Below, in pieces: positions 38,968 to 51,459 of a DNA stretch of 64,000 nucleotides. Below the pieces are notes generated by a model. The model was not told the origin of the DNA, ran no database searches, and saw nothing but the letters and a program-made list of their open reading frames with translations. The translations under genes and the position numbers were made by a program. Every line of letters starts with the position of its first letter. The stretch's first letter is position 1. Origin of the DNA: a virus; IMG/VR virus record IMGVR_UViG_3300028025_002046, positions 30,589 through 94,588 of that record, one strand, 5' to 3'.

Positions 38968-39795
38968 TTAACCTAGTTTAGCCCAGGTCGCAGCATCTAC
39001 TACACCTGTTGCTGGAATACCGTGCTTAGTCTGGTATGCCTTTAGAGCAGCCTGTGTCTTAGGACCAAAAGCACCATCGGCAGTTACACCGATCTTAGCC
39101 TGAACCTTCTTGACAGCACCACCCTTAGAGCCAACCTTTAGAATTGGCAAAGCAGCCTTAGCAGGTGCAGGAGCGACAGGAGCCGCCTCCTTAACTACAG
39201 GAGCTTCCTTTGGAACTGCAACAGTTGGAACCTCTGGAACTGAATGAGTAGGTGCAAGAGTTGCTGGAGCATCTTCAGGAGTTGCCTTGTCAGCCTCTGC
39301 GTGAGCCTTCTCAAACTCAATGACAGCCTTGCAGAAAGCCATTGGGTCATAGTAGCCCTTACCATTGTGGAAGCCAGCCATTGGCTGCCCCTTGATGTGA
39401 CCTGCCCAGATTTCCCAGTGTAGGTGCTTACCAGTTGCGAAACCAGTCTGCCCCATCTTACCAATGATTGTGCCAGCCTCAATCTTCTGACCAACCTTGA
39501 CCTTGATCGAACCCTTAACCATGTGGAAGTAAGTCCATGTGACTTTCTTACCCATAACAGTTGACTGAACGATTACTGAGTGACCACCAGAGGTTGGTGA
39601 GTCGTTAGGCTTTACTGCGATTACCTTGCCATCTGCCCATGCTTCTAGGTAGGTGGTTTCTCCACCCTGCCAGATGTCAACACCGTTGTGGTGCTTCTTT
39701 GTCTTCTTAATTGGGTGGATTCTCCAACCAAATGGTGAAGTTACCTTCCAAGCCTTGCCTGGAACTCCATCTACTGGATATTGTGATTTTGCCAT
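38968..39795 (-). CDS. Endolysin: M23 peptidase plus C-terminal peptidoglycan-binding domain
   Basis: TSPFGWR.HP; HNGVD; YFH; TG.HLHWE; LKVGSKG..VKKVQ...ADGAFGPKT..A...YQ. Confidence 0.9.
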   Translation of the reverse strand: MAKSQYPVDGVPGKAWKVTSPFGWRIHPIKKTKKHHNGVDIWQGGETTYLEAWADGKVIAVKPNDSPTSGGHSVIVQSTVMGKKVTWTYFHMVKGSIKVKVGQKIEAGTIIGKMGQTGFATGKHLHWEIWAGHIKGQPMAGFHNGKGYYDPMAFCKAVIEFEKAHAEADKATPEDAPATLAPTHSVPEVPTVAVPKEAPVVKEAAPVAPAPAKAALPILKVGSKGGAVKKVQAKIGVTADGAFGPKTQAALKAYQTKHGIPATGVVDAATWAKLG

Positions 39796-39839
39796 TATGC
39801 ATCATCTCCTTCTGAATAATTATAGCATTATAATTACTG

Positions 39840-39911
<72 letters not shown>

Positions 39912-40078
39912 GTTTGCCAATCATGCACCGTTTTATATTCGTATGCTACTGGCTGTATATCCTAGTCCTCGCATAGACATTGGGTCAATGAGTCTGAACA
40001 CCTTCACCCTACCGCTGGGACAGCGACATTTTCGGATACACCTATCTCAGTATAGATTGTTCAGACCTATACTTTGAG

Positions 40079-40152
40079 CGACTCCAATCGGACTTGAACC
40101 GACGACCCCCACCGTGACAGGGTGGTGCTCTAACCAACTGAGCTATGAAGCC
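40079..40152 (-). tRNA. tRNA-Asp(GUC)
   Basis: Cloverleaf; anticodon arm CCACC-CTGTCAC-GGTGG. Confidence 0.9.
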
Positions 40153-40338
40153 TTGTTGTGATGCGTAGTTGACAAAACTACCACCACCGCCCTATACTAT
40201 ACCACCTCTGGGAACGAGCACCATTGCGAACTGTCCTAGTTACTAACGGCTTTGGTATGCCGATTCTACCATCGGGTAGACCCCTACACCACCCTCTTAT
40301 AGTCGGTGGTCCACTATCTGGAATAGTCAATTCCATTG

Positions 40339-40410
40339 CTGACCATCCTGGATTCGAACCAGGAACCTTAGAGTTAACAGCTCTCTGCTCTGCCGTTGAG
40401 CTAATGGTCA
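40339..40410 (-). tRNA. tRNA-Asn(GUU)
   Basis: Cloverleaf; anticodon loop CTGTTAA. Confidence 0.9.
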
Positions 40411-40456
40411 ATGTTACTTCTCAAGTATACCCCAAGAAGAAACGTTTGTCAAGTAT

Positions 40457-40657
40457 TTAAACAAGCCACTTAACTACAGGGCAACAGGGATCTCCGCCCT
40501 CTTCCCATTCTGCTTCTTCTTCAGCAGTCATATATTGGTCACCGTCGTGGGTCATACAGAATCCCTCTGTAATCCATCCAGCATCGATGCCCTGTTGTAG
40601 CCAATTGATGGCTTCTGTTGACTCTTCAATCGAAAAGTCTTTGTGTTCTATGGTCAT
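40457..40657 (-). CDS. Hypothetical protein (C.THDG...EE..GDPC motif)
   Basis: ORF track; own promoter. Confidence 0.65.
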   Translation of the reverse strand: MTIEHKDFSIEESTEAINWLQQGIDAGWITEGFCMTHDGDQYMTAEEEAEWEEGGDPCCPVVKWLV

Positions 40658-40724
40658 AAGAAAAACCCTCTCTAGATTTATATACTAAGTATACAGCACC
40701 AGAAAGGGTTTGTCAAGGAATCTC

Positions 40725-41147
40725 TTACTTCTCCGCTGGAATGTTATCAACAAACGCCTGGTTGATTTCCTCTTCCGATAGCTCCCCATCGTTTAGGTAG
40801 CCACGAGCAAGGTCCTCAATTACGTTTGCGATACCCATTACACCTGCTAGGATAGCAGTCTGGATAACGTCAATTCCAATAACAGCACCAGCACCAATGG
40901 TGGCTAGAGCAGATACTAGGAATAGGGCAAGAATTCTCTTTGCGATTTTTGCATAGTTCATTTATTTTTCCTCCTTATCTTTTTCTTTTTGGTTTCTAAG
41001 TGGATATGTAATCACCCATAGAACGCTAGTTCCGATGATTGCGTATCCCACAACTGTTTTTGCCGATCCTTCTAATACCAGCCAGGCTACGAACATTCCG
41101 AGGAGTGTCCATGCTTGACCAATTAGATCGTTTAAAAAATCTTTCAT
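40725..41147 (-). CDS. Two small two-TM proteins, holin candidates (40725-40961, 40962-41147)
   Basis: Two TM helices each, charged C-termini; near endolysin. Confidence 0.5.
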
Positions 41148-42910
41148 TATATTTTCCTCCTTATATTTGATGTTCCACCTGATGGAGCAGATGCAGATAG
41201 TGCAGCACCTGTGGCTGCGTTTACTGCAGCACCAACAGCTACCACGGCTGTGACAACAACCTTCTTAGATTCTTCTCTTACCTTTGGAGACATATCCGCA
41301 CCAACGTTACCAATAAAGTTAATGGCATCGACTGCTGCGGATAGTCCTGGAATTGCTGCTAGGCTTTCGTCTAACTGAATATCATCTGCTTGGGCTGCTA
41401 CGAATAGGGCTTCTAGTGCCTGTTCATATTCTGGTGAGCCTTGTTCTGAATTCGCAAGAATTTCATTTGCTACAGATATAAGTTCTGTTACTTCAGCAGG
41501 GGTTAGTTCTTGCGGATCTACTGTATCTATATTTACTGGTAGTTCTGGGGTTTCTGTTGGGGTTGGCGTGATTGGTTCTGGTACCTCTGGGGTGACAGGT
41601 ATTTCTGGCTCTTCAATAGGTTTCTTGGTCTCTTCAGGCGTAGGTGTTGGCTCTCTAAAAGGTGGAATGGCTTCCAGTTCCTGTTGAGCAATGTATACGT
41701 TCTCCTGTTTATTTGTCACATCGTTAGATGCTATAACAATTATACCTGCCTTTTCTGACTGCTCAGATACGGATGTATCGTAAATCTGTTGAGCATCTTG
41801 CTCCTGTTGGGTAGATGTAGACAGATCTGCTTGTGCAGCACTTAAACTATCTTGTTTGTCATTGAGCACCACGAGTAGTTCTGGATCATTTATCATTGGG
41901 GCTGTCGCTCCTGGGACTGGTTCTTCTACATAGTATGTCTCTGTTCTGTATTTAGTTACCTCTTCGTATACCGTGACCTCTTCGTAGGTTGTTTCCGTGA
42001 TAACGCTGTTGCCTAGCCATGCAGCAGGTACAATCTGGAAGCCCTGTTCTGGTGTGTAGTAGTAAAACGATACATTGGCACCACCACCATTCTCGTAATA
42101 ATATAGTGTGAATGGGTATAGAATTCCTGCCCTAATCCAAACCTGCTGTGAGACAGATCCACCGCCACCCTTATCTCTCCAGTCATTAATCAAATCCATA
42201 CCTGCAATCGTTAGCTTTGTTCCATCATCTGCTGGAGTATAAAAAGAGTAGTAGCCGTCTGCTGGGACCATAAGGTTACCAGTAAATCTAACAATCACAT
42301 CTTCTGCGTACCAATTGTTTCCAGTTTGTAAAATGTATCCGCTGCCCCAGTTAAAGTTAATGTTTGGAACTGTGGTTGAGTATGTTGGGGTCTCTGATGC
42401 AGATGGAATAGGTGGAGCATTGTTATATCCTCTTCTGTTGAACACATCTGCCACTACGCCACCAACTACCGTTGTTGTGGTTCTAGGAACTGTAACTGTC
42501 ATTGGAATCATCTCTGTGTAGGCAACCTCTCTGGTGTAGGCTACCTGTTGTGTTGGATGTATCCAGAATGGGTCAGGTATTAGGGCTGTATCGTACTGGA
42601 GTTGTGCCGCATCTAGGGCTTCTTGTGCATTAAGTACTGCCTGTTGTTTTACCTGCTTATTTGAAATAGCATTGTTTAGTGTCTCTAAGTTGCCTGATAC
42701 CGTCAAATCTAGGGTGTGTTTCTGTGCTACCGCTTCTTCATAAGCCCTCTGTGAGGCTGTGAGGGCTTCCTGAGCAGCAGAAAGTTTAGCCTGAGCTTCT
42801 GCTACGACTAAATCGTACTCTGATCTATCCTGAGCGAGAGCAGGGAACGAGAATAGTATCGGAAGGAAGGCTAGAAATATAACTACTAATATCTTGATTG
42901 GGGTTTTAAT
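41147..42910 (-). CDS. Secreted/membrane-anchored PA14-domain coiled-coil protein, probable ATT start
   Basis: INFNWG; VRFTG.L.VP..G.Y.F...ADDG; YYENGGGA (PA14); open frame extends to 42910 with signal peptide and AAGGAG RBS. Confidence 0.75.
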   Translation of the reverse strand: MKTPIKILVVIFLAFLPILFSFPALAQDRSEYDLVVAEAQAKLSAAQEALTASQRAYEEAVAQKHTLDLTVSGNLETLNNAISNKQVKQQAVLNAQEALDAAQLQYDTALIPDPFWIHPTQQVAYTREVAYTEMIPMTVTVPRTTTTVVGGVVADVFNRRGYNNAPPIPSASETPTYSTTVPNINFNWGSGYILQTGNNWYAEDVIVRFTGNLMVPADGYYSFYTPADDGTKLTIAGMDLINDWRDKGGGGSVSQQVWIRAGILYPFTLYYYENGGGANVSFYYYTPEQGFQIVPAAWLGNSVITETTYEEVTVYEEVTKYRTETYYVEEPVPGATAPMINDPELLVVLNDKQDSLSAAQADLSTSTQQEQDAQQIYDTSVSEQSEKAGIIVIASNDVTNKQENVYIAQQELEAIPPFREPTPTPEETKKPIEEPEIPVTPEVPEPITPTPTETPELPVNIDTVDPQELTPAEVTELISVANEILANSEQGSPEYEQALEALFVAAQADDIQLDESLAAIPGLSAAVDAINFIGNVGADMSPKVREESKKVVVTAVVAVGAAVNAATGAALSASAPSGGTSNIRRKI

Positions 42911-42974
42911 GTTAAGTTCTCCTTGTTAGAAATGTCTAACAAAACTATTATAACACTTTTAGAATAAAAGAAAA

Positions 42975-42993
42975 GGGCTACCGAAGTAGCCCA
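42975..42993 (-). terminator. Intrinsic terminator after nrdF
   Basis: GGGCTAC-CGAA-GTAGCCC hairpin followed by U-rich tract on minus strand. Confidence 0.7.
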
Positions 42994-42999
42994 ATCCTA

Positions 43000-46079
<3,080 letters not shown>

Positions 46080-46168
46080 TTGGCATCAGCCTTTCTGTGT
46101 TGGTTTAGGTTGGGTCTCATACCCCGAAAAGTGTTAGATTTCTATTCTACCACAATGTTTTAATTACG

Positions 46169-47947
46169 TCAAATCAGCTTCATGTCGAACTGACCAAGGT
46201 ATTCTTCTACTACCTTTTGTGGTGCGTGAATGACGTTTCTCTCAACGTCCTGGACAGGAACAGTCTTTGGTCTGTCCTTAAGGGTGTGTATCTCTACCAC
46301 CTGGTTTAGATCTTTTGGTGTGTGGGAGATAGCACCAAAGATAGCACCGCACACAGCATCCGCCAAGTCCTTAGAAAGTTTTCTAGGGTGGTCTACACGG
46401 TTCTGCTTTACAATCTTTAGTTCTGTAAGTTCTTCGAACAATAGTTCGATAGACGGCATTACAAGACGCTCTTCATATACAAGCATAGCCATATCCTCAT
46501 AGTGCTTCTTAGCAACAGATACTGTCTCGGTTCTAATGCCTACTTGTTTTAACTCACTTTGAATGTCAAAGGAGTTCCATCGGTCAAAGCTAACCATGCC
46601 TAGGTTAAAGCCCAGTCGTCTTAAGTTTTGGATCCACTGCTTTACTTCTGAAAGGTTAACAGGACCTTCAATCTTTGGCTCCCAGTAGACTACAGCATCT
46701 ACTACTACCACTGGCATTACTTGTGAGTAGTCTTTAACTACCTGAACATTTACCCACTTCTCAACGTGAGCAATAGCAACAGCACACTTGTCGTGCTTCT
46801 GTGCAAGGTCAGCATGGACGAAGTATGTCTTGTCTGGGTCTGGCTGGAATGACTCCATTACACGCTTGCTGCTGTCAATCGGGTTAGCGATTGTCATACA
46901 GGCACGGACCTTATCCTGTTGCTTAAAGAAAGCATCCGATGAGAACGAAGGAACACAGGCAAAACGCTGCATGGCATCTGCTAGGTCTGTAAAGAATGAA
47001 ATCTTAAAGTCTTCAATGCTACGAGTAGGGTTTACCACCCAAGTAGGACGCTTGAGTGCAAATACGCCTGGGTATTTATAGGACAGAACTGTGTCTTCGT
47101 CCCACTCAATCTCTAGCGTATTGCCCTCAGCATCTTCTGGTAAGTCTTCATTCATAATAAACTTGTGAGTCTTATGGACAACTTCTTTCTCAGCGATTAC
47201 GGCATCGTATCTTTGAGAGATAAAGTCTCCAGGATAACGAGGGAACGATAGCAGGGCTACCTTTCCTAGGTCTGGATAGCGAGAGTCTACGGAGGCACGG
47301 AAGGCTTTGTAGATGTTGTCTGCGGTCTTACCCTGTTCGTTACCCCCACCGATCTCCTGTGCGAAACCAGAGATCTCATCCAGAACAGCTAGGATAAGGT
47401 TAAGACCCTCGTGGCTCTCACGCTCCGAGTGACCAGAGTAAACAGTAATAGACTTATCAAACTCAATGCTTTCAGCCTTGGCATAGTATTTGCCAGCGAA
47501 CCACGGTGATCGTTCAATCTTAGACTTGAAGCCTTTAAAGAAAACGTTCTTAGCCTGTTGTGCGTTAATAGCTACGTTAATAATATCAATAGCGTCACCT
47601 GCTGGCTTACCGAAATAGCGAGCAGGGTCCTTTAGGCAAAGAAGTTTGTAAACAATATATGAACAAGCAACAGTAGAAGTAAAGTCCTTACCGCTACCCT
47701 TACCAAGCTGTAGGATGATTTCGTTCTTTGTGTATTTCTTGTAATGCTGTCTACCCTTTTCGTCACCCATGATATCAATGAGGTCTTCCATCTTGTAGAT
47801 CTGGCTCATTGCTTCTACCACGTCATACTGAACATCGGATAGTGGTGGCTGTCCTAGGTAGGCTTCACCTTCAACAAAGGTCTTAGCATCGACTGGATAC
47901 TCTTCAAAGTTGTCAGACTTGAGGGCATCTAAGAAATCATCAAACAT
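46169..47947 (-). CDS. terL: Terminase large subunit
   Basis: Walker A GKGSGKD; Walker B AVLDE; nuclease HADL, FDRWNS, DHP...SKDLADA. Confidence 0.9.
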   Translation of the reverse strand: MFDDFLDALKSDNFEEYPVDAKTFVEGEAYLGQPPLSDVQYDVVEAMSQIYKMEDLIDIMGDEKGRQHYKKYTKNEIILQLGKGSGKDFTSTVACSYIVYKLLCLKDPARYFGKPAGDAIDIINVAINAQQAKNVFFKGFKSKIERSPWFAGKYYAKAESIEFDKSITVYSGHSERESHEGLNLILAVLDEISGFAQEIGGGNEQGKTADNIYKAFRASVDSRYPDLGKVALLSFPRYPGDFISQRYDAVIAEKEVVHKTHKFIMNEDLPEDAEGNTLEIEWDEDTVLSYKYPGVFALKRPTWVVNPTRSIEDFKISFFTDLADAMQRFACVPSFSSDAFFKQQDKVRACMTIANPIDSSKRVMESFQPDPDKTYFVHADLAQKHDKCAVAIAHVEKWVNVQVVKDYSQVMPVVVVDAVVYWEPKIEGPVNLSEVKQWIQNLRRLGFNLGMVSFDRWNSFDIQSELKQVGIRTETVSVAKKHYEDMAMLVYEERLVMPSIELLFEELTELKIVKQNRVDHPRKLSKDLADAVCGAIFGAISHTPKDLNQVVEIHTLKDRPKTVPVQDVERNVIHAPQKVVEEYLGQFDMKLI

Positions 47948-48479
47948 CGTTGTTGACCACCACGGTAATTACTTCTTGTTCTTTAGAGACTTCAGACAGC
48001 CTACGCATAATCTTGTCTCTAATCTCTGGGTGTTCACTAGCAATGTCACGAAGGATGCCTACGAGAACATCTTGCTTACGCTCAATCTCAATCATCTCTT
48101 CTGCTAGTTCCTTGTTCTCAAGTAGACCAGCTTTCTGTAGCATATCGATACGAGTCTTCTCTAGGTCCATCACAAGCTTGATACCTGCGGTCTTAGCCCC
48201 TAGGTTAGCAACAGTAGTTGCTTCATCGATAACTTCATATGCTTTGTTAATTAGTTTAGAATAGTGTGTGTCTGCACCAACAAGTGCTTCCTTGGCACGA
48301 GCACGGATAGCAGCATTGTCTGCAGCCATCACACGCCACTGGTTGATATGTGCTACAACCTTTTGTCTTGGTAGAGCCATCTCTTTTGAAATCTGGGTAG
48401 GCTCTTCACCCTGGAGATACTTCTCCACAACCTTGTTCATTTCGTCAAGGTGTTCAATCGTTAAGTCTTCAACTGACAT
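47940..48479 (-). CDS. Probable terminase small subunit (N-terminal HTH)
   Basis: Directly upstream of terL; HTH plus helical body. Confidence 0.6.
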   Translation of the reverse strand: MSVEDLTIEHLDEMNKVVEKYLQGEEPTQISKEMALPRQKVVAHINQWRVMAADNAAIRARAKEALVGADTHYSKLINKAYEVIDEATTVANLGAKTAGIKLVMDLEKTRIDMLQKAGLLENKELAEEMIEIERKQDVLVGILRDIASEHPEIRDKIMRRLSEVSKEQEVITVVVNNDV

Positions 48480-48756
48480 TTGTGTTTCTCCGTCCACGCT
48501 TAGTTGGAATACGTCTTACTCGGTCTACCCTGAATGACCTGAAGCATCCTGCAGATCGCTTGTGAACCTCAAAGCAGTCTACCCACATTACGCCTGTGTC
48601 TGTGTTTGTGGTAAGGCTATGAAACTTGAAACGCATTCCATGCTCACCAGAGATCTTGATTAGGTCTCCGCTATTGATTACAAAGTTGCCAACCTCAAGG
48701 TCGTATACTCTGTTGAATTTGGTTAGTCTTACCTTTGTGCTTTTTCTTTTAATCAT
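48469..48756 (-). CDS. Hypothetical protein
   Basis: ORF track. Confidence 0.65.
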   Translation of the reverse strand: MIKRKSTKVRLTKFNRVYDLEVGNFVINSGDLIKISGEHGMRFKFHSLTTNTDTGVMWVDCFEVHKRSAGCFRSFRVDRVRRIPTKRGRRNTNVS

Positions 48757-48905
48757 CTCTTTGACTTCCTTAGTCCGAACTTAGCTAAATAAACGTAGAT
48801 AGTTTCTACGCTGGTTCCGCATTCCTTTGCAATCTGCTCTGGCGTTTTCTTATCAACATGGTAACGCTTTTTTAACCATACCTCACTAGTATACAGCTTC
48901 GCCAT
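48753..48905 (-). CDS. 50-aa HTH protein
   Basis: WLKKRY..DKKTPEQIAKECGTSVETIY..L.KFGL (manual translation). Confidence 0.7.
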   Translation of the reverse strand: MAKLYTSEVWLKKRYHVDKKTPEQIAKECGTSVETIYVYLAKFGLRKSKR

Positions 48906-49471
48906 TACTTTGTCAACCTTTCCCAGTTATTAATTGCATAATGACCAATGCCAACTGCATCAGCAATATCATTATCACTAATTACTTTATCATACTGAAC
49001 TTCAACAAAATGTATGGTCTTCTGCTTACGTTGTTCTCTGGTCTGTGTTTTAATCCAGGAGTCAGACTTCCCTGGGTTGTCCGCCTTCATCTTCGCAATC
49101 TCTTCCTTGCTTGGTTTCTTGTTACCGATAAAGTTTTGCCATGTGATTGGAGCTACCGATCTAATTGTTGGAATGCCAAGAGTCCCAAGAAGGGACCCCT
49201 GAACCAGTGCTAGGTCTGCTGCTGTCTTAGGACTATTCATAAATACTGTGTGCTCAATTACAATTGCATCAATGCTTATTAGGTTTGTTGAAAATGCAAG
49301 AACTTTCTTTGCAGCATCCACTACTTTAGCATATGTATTTATTCCAGCAAAAGCTATCTTGCCATAGTCTACTAGATCTTTATCTACGAAGATAGCGTAT
49401 GCGAGGCTGTTAGTGCTGGCATCAATAGCCATGATGGTCTTTGGAGTGTCACTCAGATTACTTATCTTCAT
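48905..49471 (-). CDS. RuvC-like Holliday junction resolvase
   Basis: IMAIDASTNS; IVIEH; D.ADA.GIG. Confidence 0.8.
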   Translation of the reverse strand: MKISNLSDTPKTIMAIDASTNSLAYAIFVDKDLVDYGKIAFAGINTYAKVVDAAKKVLAFSTNLISIDAIVIEHTVFMNSPKTAADLALVQGSLLGTLGIPTIRSVAPITWQNFIGNKKPSKEEIAKMKADNPGKSDSWIKTQTREQRKQKTIHFVEVQYDKVISDNDIADAVGIGHYAINNWERLTK

Positions 49472-49748
49472 TCATCAGACCTTTAATTTCTTTTAACGCT
49501 TTTTTAACGTCTGATGGATTTGTAATACATTTCTGACAGGTTTGTGAATCGTTATAGATTGATAGCTGACTATTGCAAGACTTACACAAACGCTCCTTAC
49601 CTACTCGGTTTTTAATCCTAGTGATAAGGTAGCGTTGTGCAATCTTCTCTTTGGTAGCCTCTTCACGACATTCTGCGGAGCAGTATATCTGATAGTTTAG
49701 CTTTGCATCGAAGGCGTTGTCACACCATTCACAGTGTTTGTTTTTCAT
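49458..49748 (-). CDS. Zn-finger hypothetical protein
   Basis: CEWC; YCS..C; CKSC; CQKC. Confidence 0.65.
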   Translation of the reverse strand: MKNKHCEWCDNAFDAKLNYQIYCSAECREEATKEKIAQRYLITRIKNRVGKERLCKSCNSQLSIYNDSQTCQKCITNPSDVKKALKEIKGLMNEDK

Positions 49749-50538
49749 CTAGTGGCTCCAGTGATCTAATTTTGATCTCTCCAGAACCAGCAAGGTCGCA
49801 CGTTGCCCTAACAGGACAAGTCTTGCAAATCTTTGAATTGGATCGGTAGTTCTTCTCAGGAAGCTTTTTCTCTTCCCAAGCAGTTCTAACGTTTCTCATC
49901 CATTCAAATGTGTTCTCTACCCACTGAAACATGTACTCATTTAATTCTACAGGAAAAATCAGAATGTCGTGATTGTTCTTGTTCTCATAAATCAATACTG
50001 CTTTGTTCTTATTCTTAATCTTCATGTAGATAAGTAGCTGGACTAGGTGTCCAACCTTTGGCTTACCTGCAACCTTACGATACTCAAATCCCTCGTTAGG
50101 CATGGTCTTGATTTCACCAAGTAGTTCCGAGCCTTCCCAGTTGAGCATAACGTCACCGTATCCAAAGATAGGTGGGTTCTCGTAAGTGATTTTGAATTCA
50201 GAATCTACTAGGAAGTCTGGGACATTGCCCATAGCTTCCTGGATTCTTTCGTGTGCCTTTGTACCAGCAGTCATGTTTGCTCCACCATATGCATCTGCAT
50301 TATCGGTAAAGTTAGCACCCTCAAACGCTAGATACCAGTAGCGAGGACACTCTCCGTGAGAGAATGCAATCGTACTAGGTGCGAATGTTTTCTTGGTCTG
50401 GAACTTGTCCACACGATTGATTGTATACCCAGAATTGATCTTGTCAATTAGGGCTTGCTTATCTATGAATGATGGACGAGAGTTTGGGTTCTCGTCTTCT
50501 TTCTTAAGCATTACTTGTTGCAATAAACTTTTAGCCAT
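49729..50538 (-). CDS. Cas4-like PD-(D/E)XK exonuclease
   Basis: CPR; GT..HE; G.GD; EIKT; QL.IY; C..CP....C. Confidence 0.8.
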   Translation of the reverse strand: MAKSLLQQVMLKKEDENPNSRPSFIDKQALIDKINSGYTINRVDKFQTKKTFAPSTIAFSHGECPRYWYLAFEGANFTDNADAYGGANMTAGTKAHERIQEAMGNVPDFLVDSEFKITYENPPIFGYGDVMLNWEGSELLGEIKTMPNEGFEYRKVAGKPKVGHLVQLLIYMKIKNKNKAVLIYENKNNHDILIFPVELNEYMFQWVENTFEWMRNVRTAWEEKKLPEKNYRSNSKICKTCPVRATCDLAGSGEIKIRSLEPLDEKQTL

Positions 50539-50544
50539 GATATG

Positions 50545-50850
50545 TTAGCGAGTAATATATTTAAGTGCTGATACTAAGTTATTAATTGACTCAGCAGCAG
50601 TATAGTAAATATTCTTCTTCGCTCTATCTCCTTTATCTACGTTAGTTAGCCATGTGGCTTTGAAGGACATTTTAGCTGCAATTGCTTGCAATCTAACAAT
50701 CTCCACAGTTGCAACATTCAGAGGAATGTCTGGCTTGAGAATTACCTTGGCAATAAAAGTAAGAGCAGTGGTTAGCTCTTCATCATTCATAAACTCGGCT
50801 ATCTCTGTAAGACCATTAATCTGTTCGATAGTTGTTTGTTGCTGTTCCAT
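50545..50850 (-). CDS. Hypothetical protein
   Basis: ORF track. Confidence 0.65.
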   Translation of the reverse strand: MEQQQTTIEQINGLTEIAEFMNDEELTTALTFIAKVILKPDIPLNVATVEIVRLQAIAAKMSFKATWLTNVDKGDRAKKNIYYTAAESINNLVSALKYITR

Positions 50851-50875
50851 TTGTATCCTTAATGTTGTAGTTCTA

Positions 50876-51175
50876 TTATACACTATCAGGTGGTAGTTGG
50901 TCAAGTATCATTTCTAATAGGGATAGTTCAATGACTGCTAGTCTTGTTTTAATACCCTCTTCACCAAGCACAATCACAATAGCTGGATTGTCGTTATTGC
51001 GAATAGCATCGGTAGTAGCCTTAGCCCATACCTCTTTGTTAATGGTAAAGGACTTACCGACTTCCTTGAAGTCAACGGTAAATCCCTCCCACGATGCGTC
51101 GCCTTTGTGTGTTCCACGACCAGAGTTCTTGTGTTGTTTAGCCCCTAGTCGCTTGCTCTCTGAACGCTCACTCAT
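50876..51175 (-). CDS. Small PD-(D/E)XK nuclease / resolvase-like protein
   Basis: SGRG..KGD; VDFKE. Confidence 0.65.
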   Translation of the reverse strand: MSERSESKRLGAKQHKNSGRGTHKGDASWEGFTVDFKEVGKSFTINKEVWAKATTDAIRNNDNPAIVIVLGEEGIKTRLAVIELSLLEMILDQLPPDSV

Positions 51176-51279
51176 TTACCCACGGCACACAGACACAATT
51201 ATTGTTCGCACATGGACCACAGACAGCACCATCTGGCATACCATCGCCTTTAAATAGGTCGCAATAGCAACCTTCGGTA

Positions 51280-51459
51280 TTATGATTCATCTTGAAAATC
51301 TTTCTTGTTTCGTTTGGTGTTGAGCTCAACTGTGCTTACATGTCTTTCTGGACACATCCACGACAACTGTTTTGTTTCCGCATACAGACGGAGGGTTTTA
51401 ACCTCCGCCTTGCATACGTGGCATCTGAACTCTCCGTGATATAGATTATACTTCGCCAT
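51280..51459 (-). CDS. 59-aa zinc-ribbon protein
   Basis: FRCHVC...WMCPERH (manual translation). Confidence 0.55.
   Translation of the reverse strand: MAKYNLYHGEFRCHVCKAEVKTLRLYAETKQLSWMCPERHVSTVELNTKRNKKDFQDES

Noticed and set aside
49729-50538. Cas4 as evidence of a CRISPR system
   Set aside because: Stand-alone Cas4-like exonucleases are routine in actinophage recombination modules; no cas1/cas2 or array
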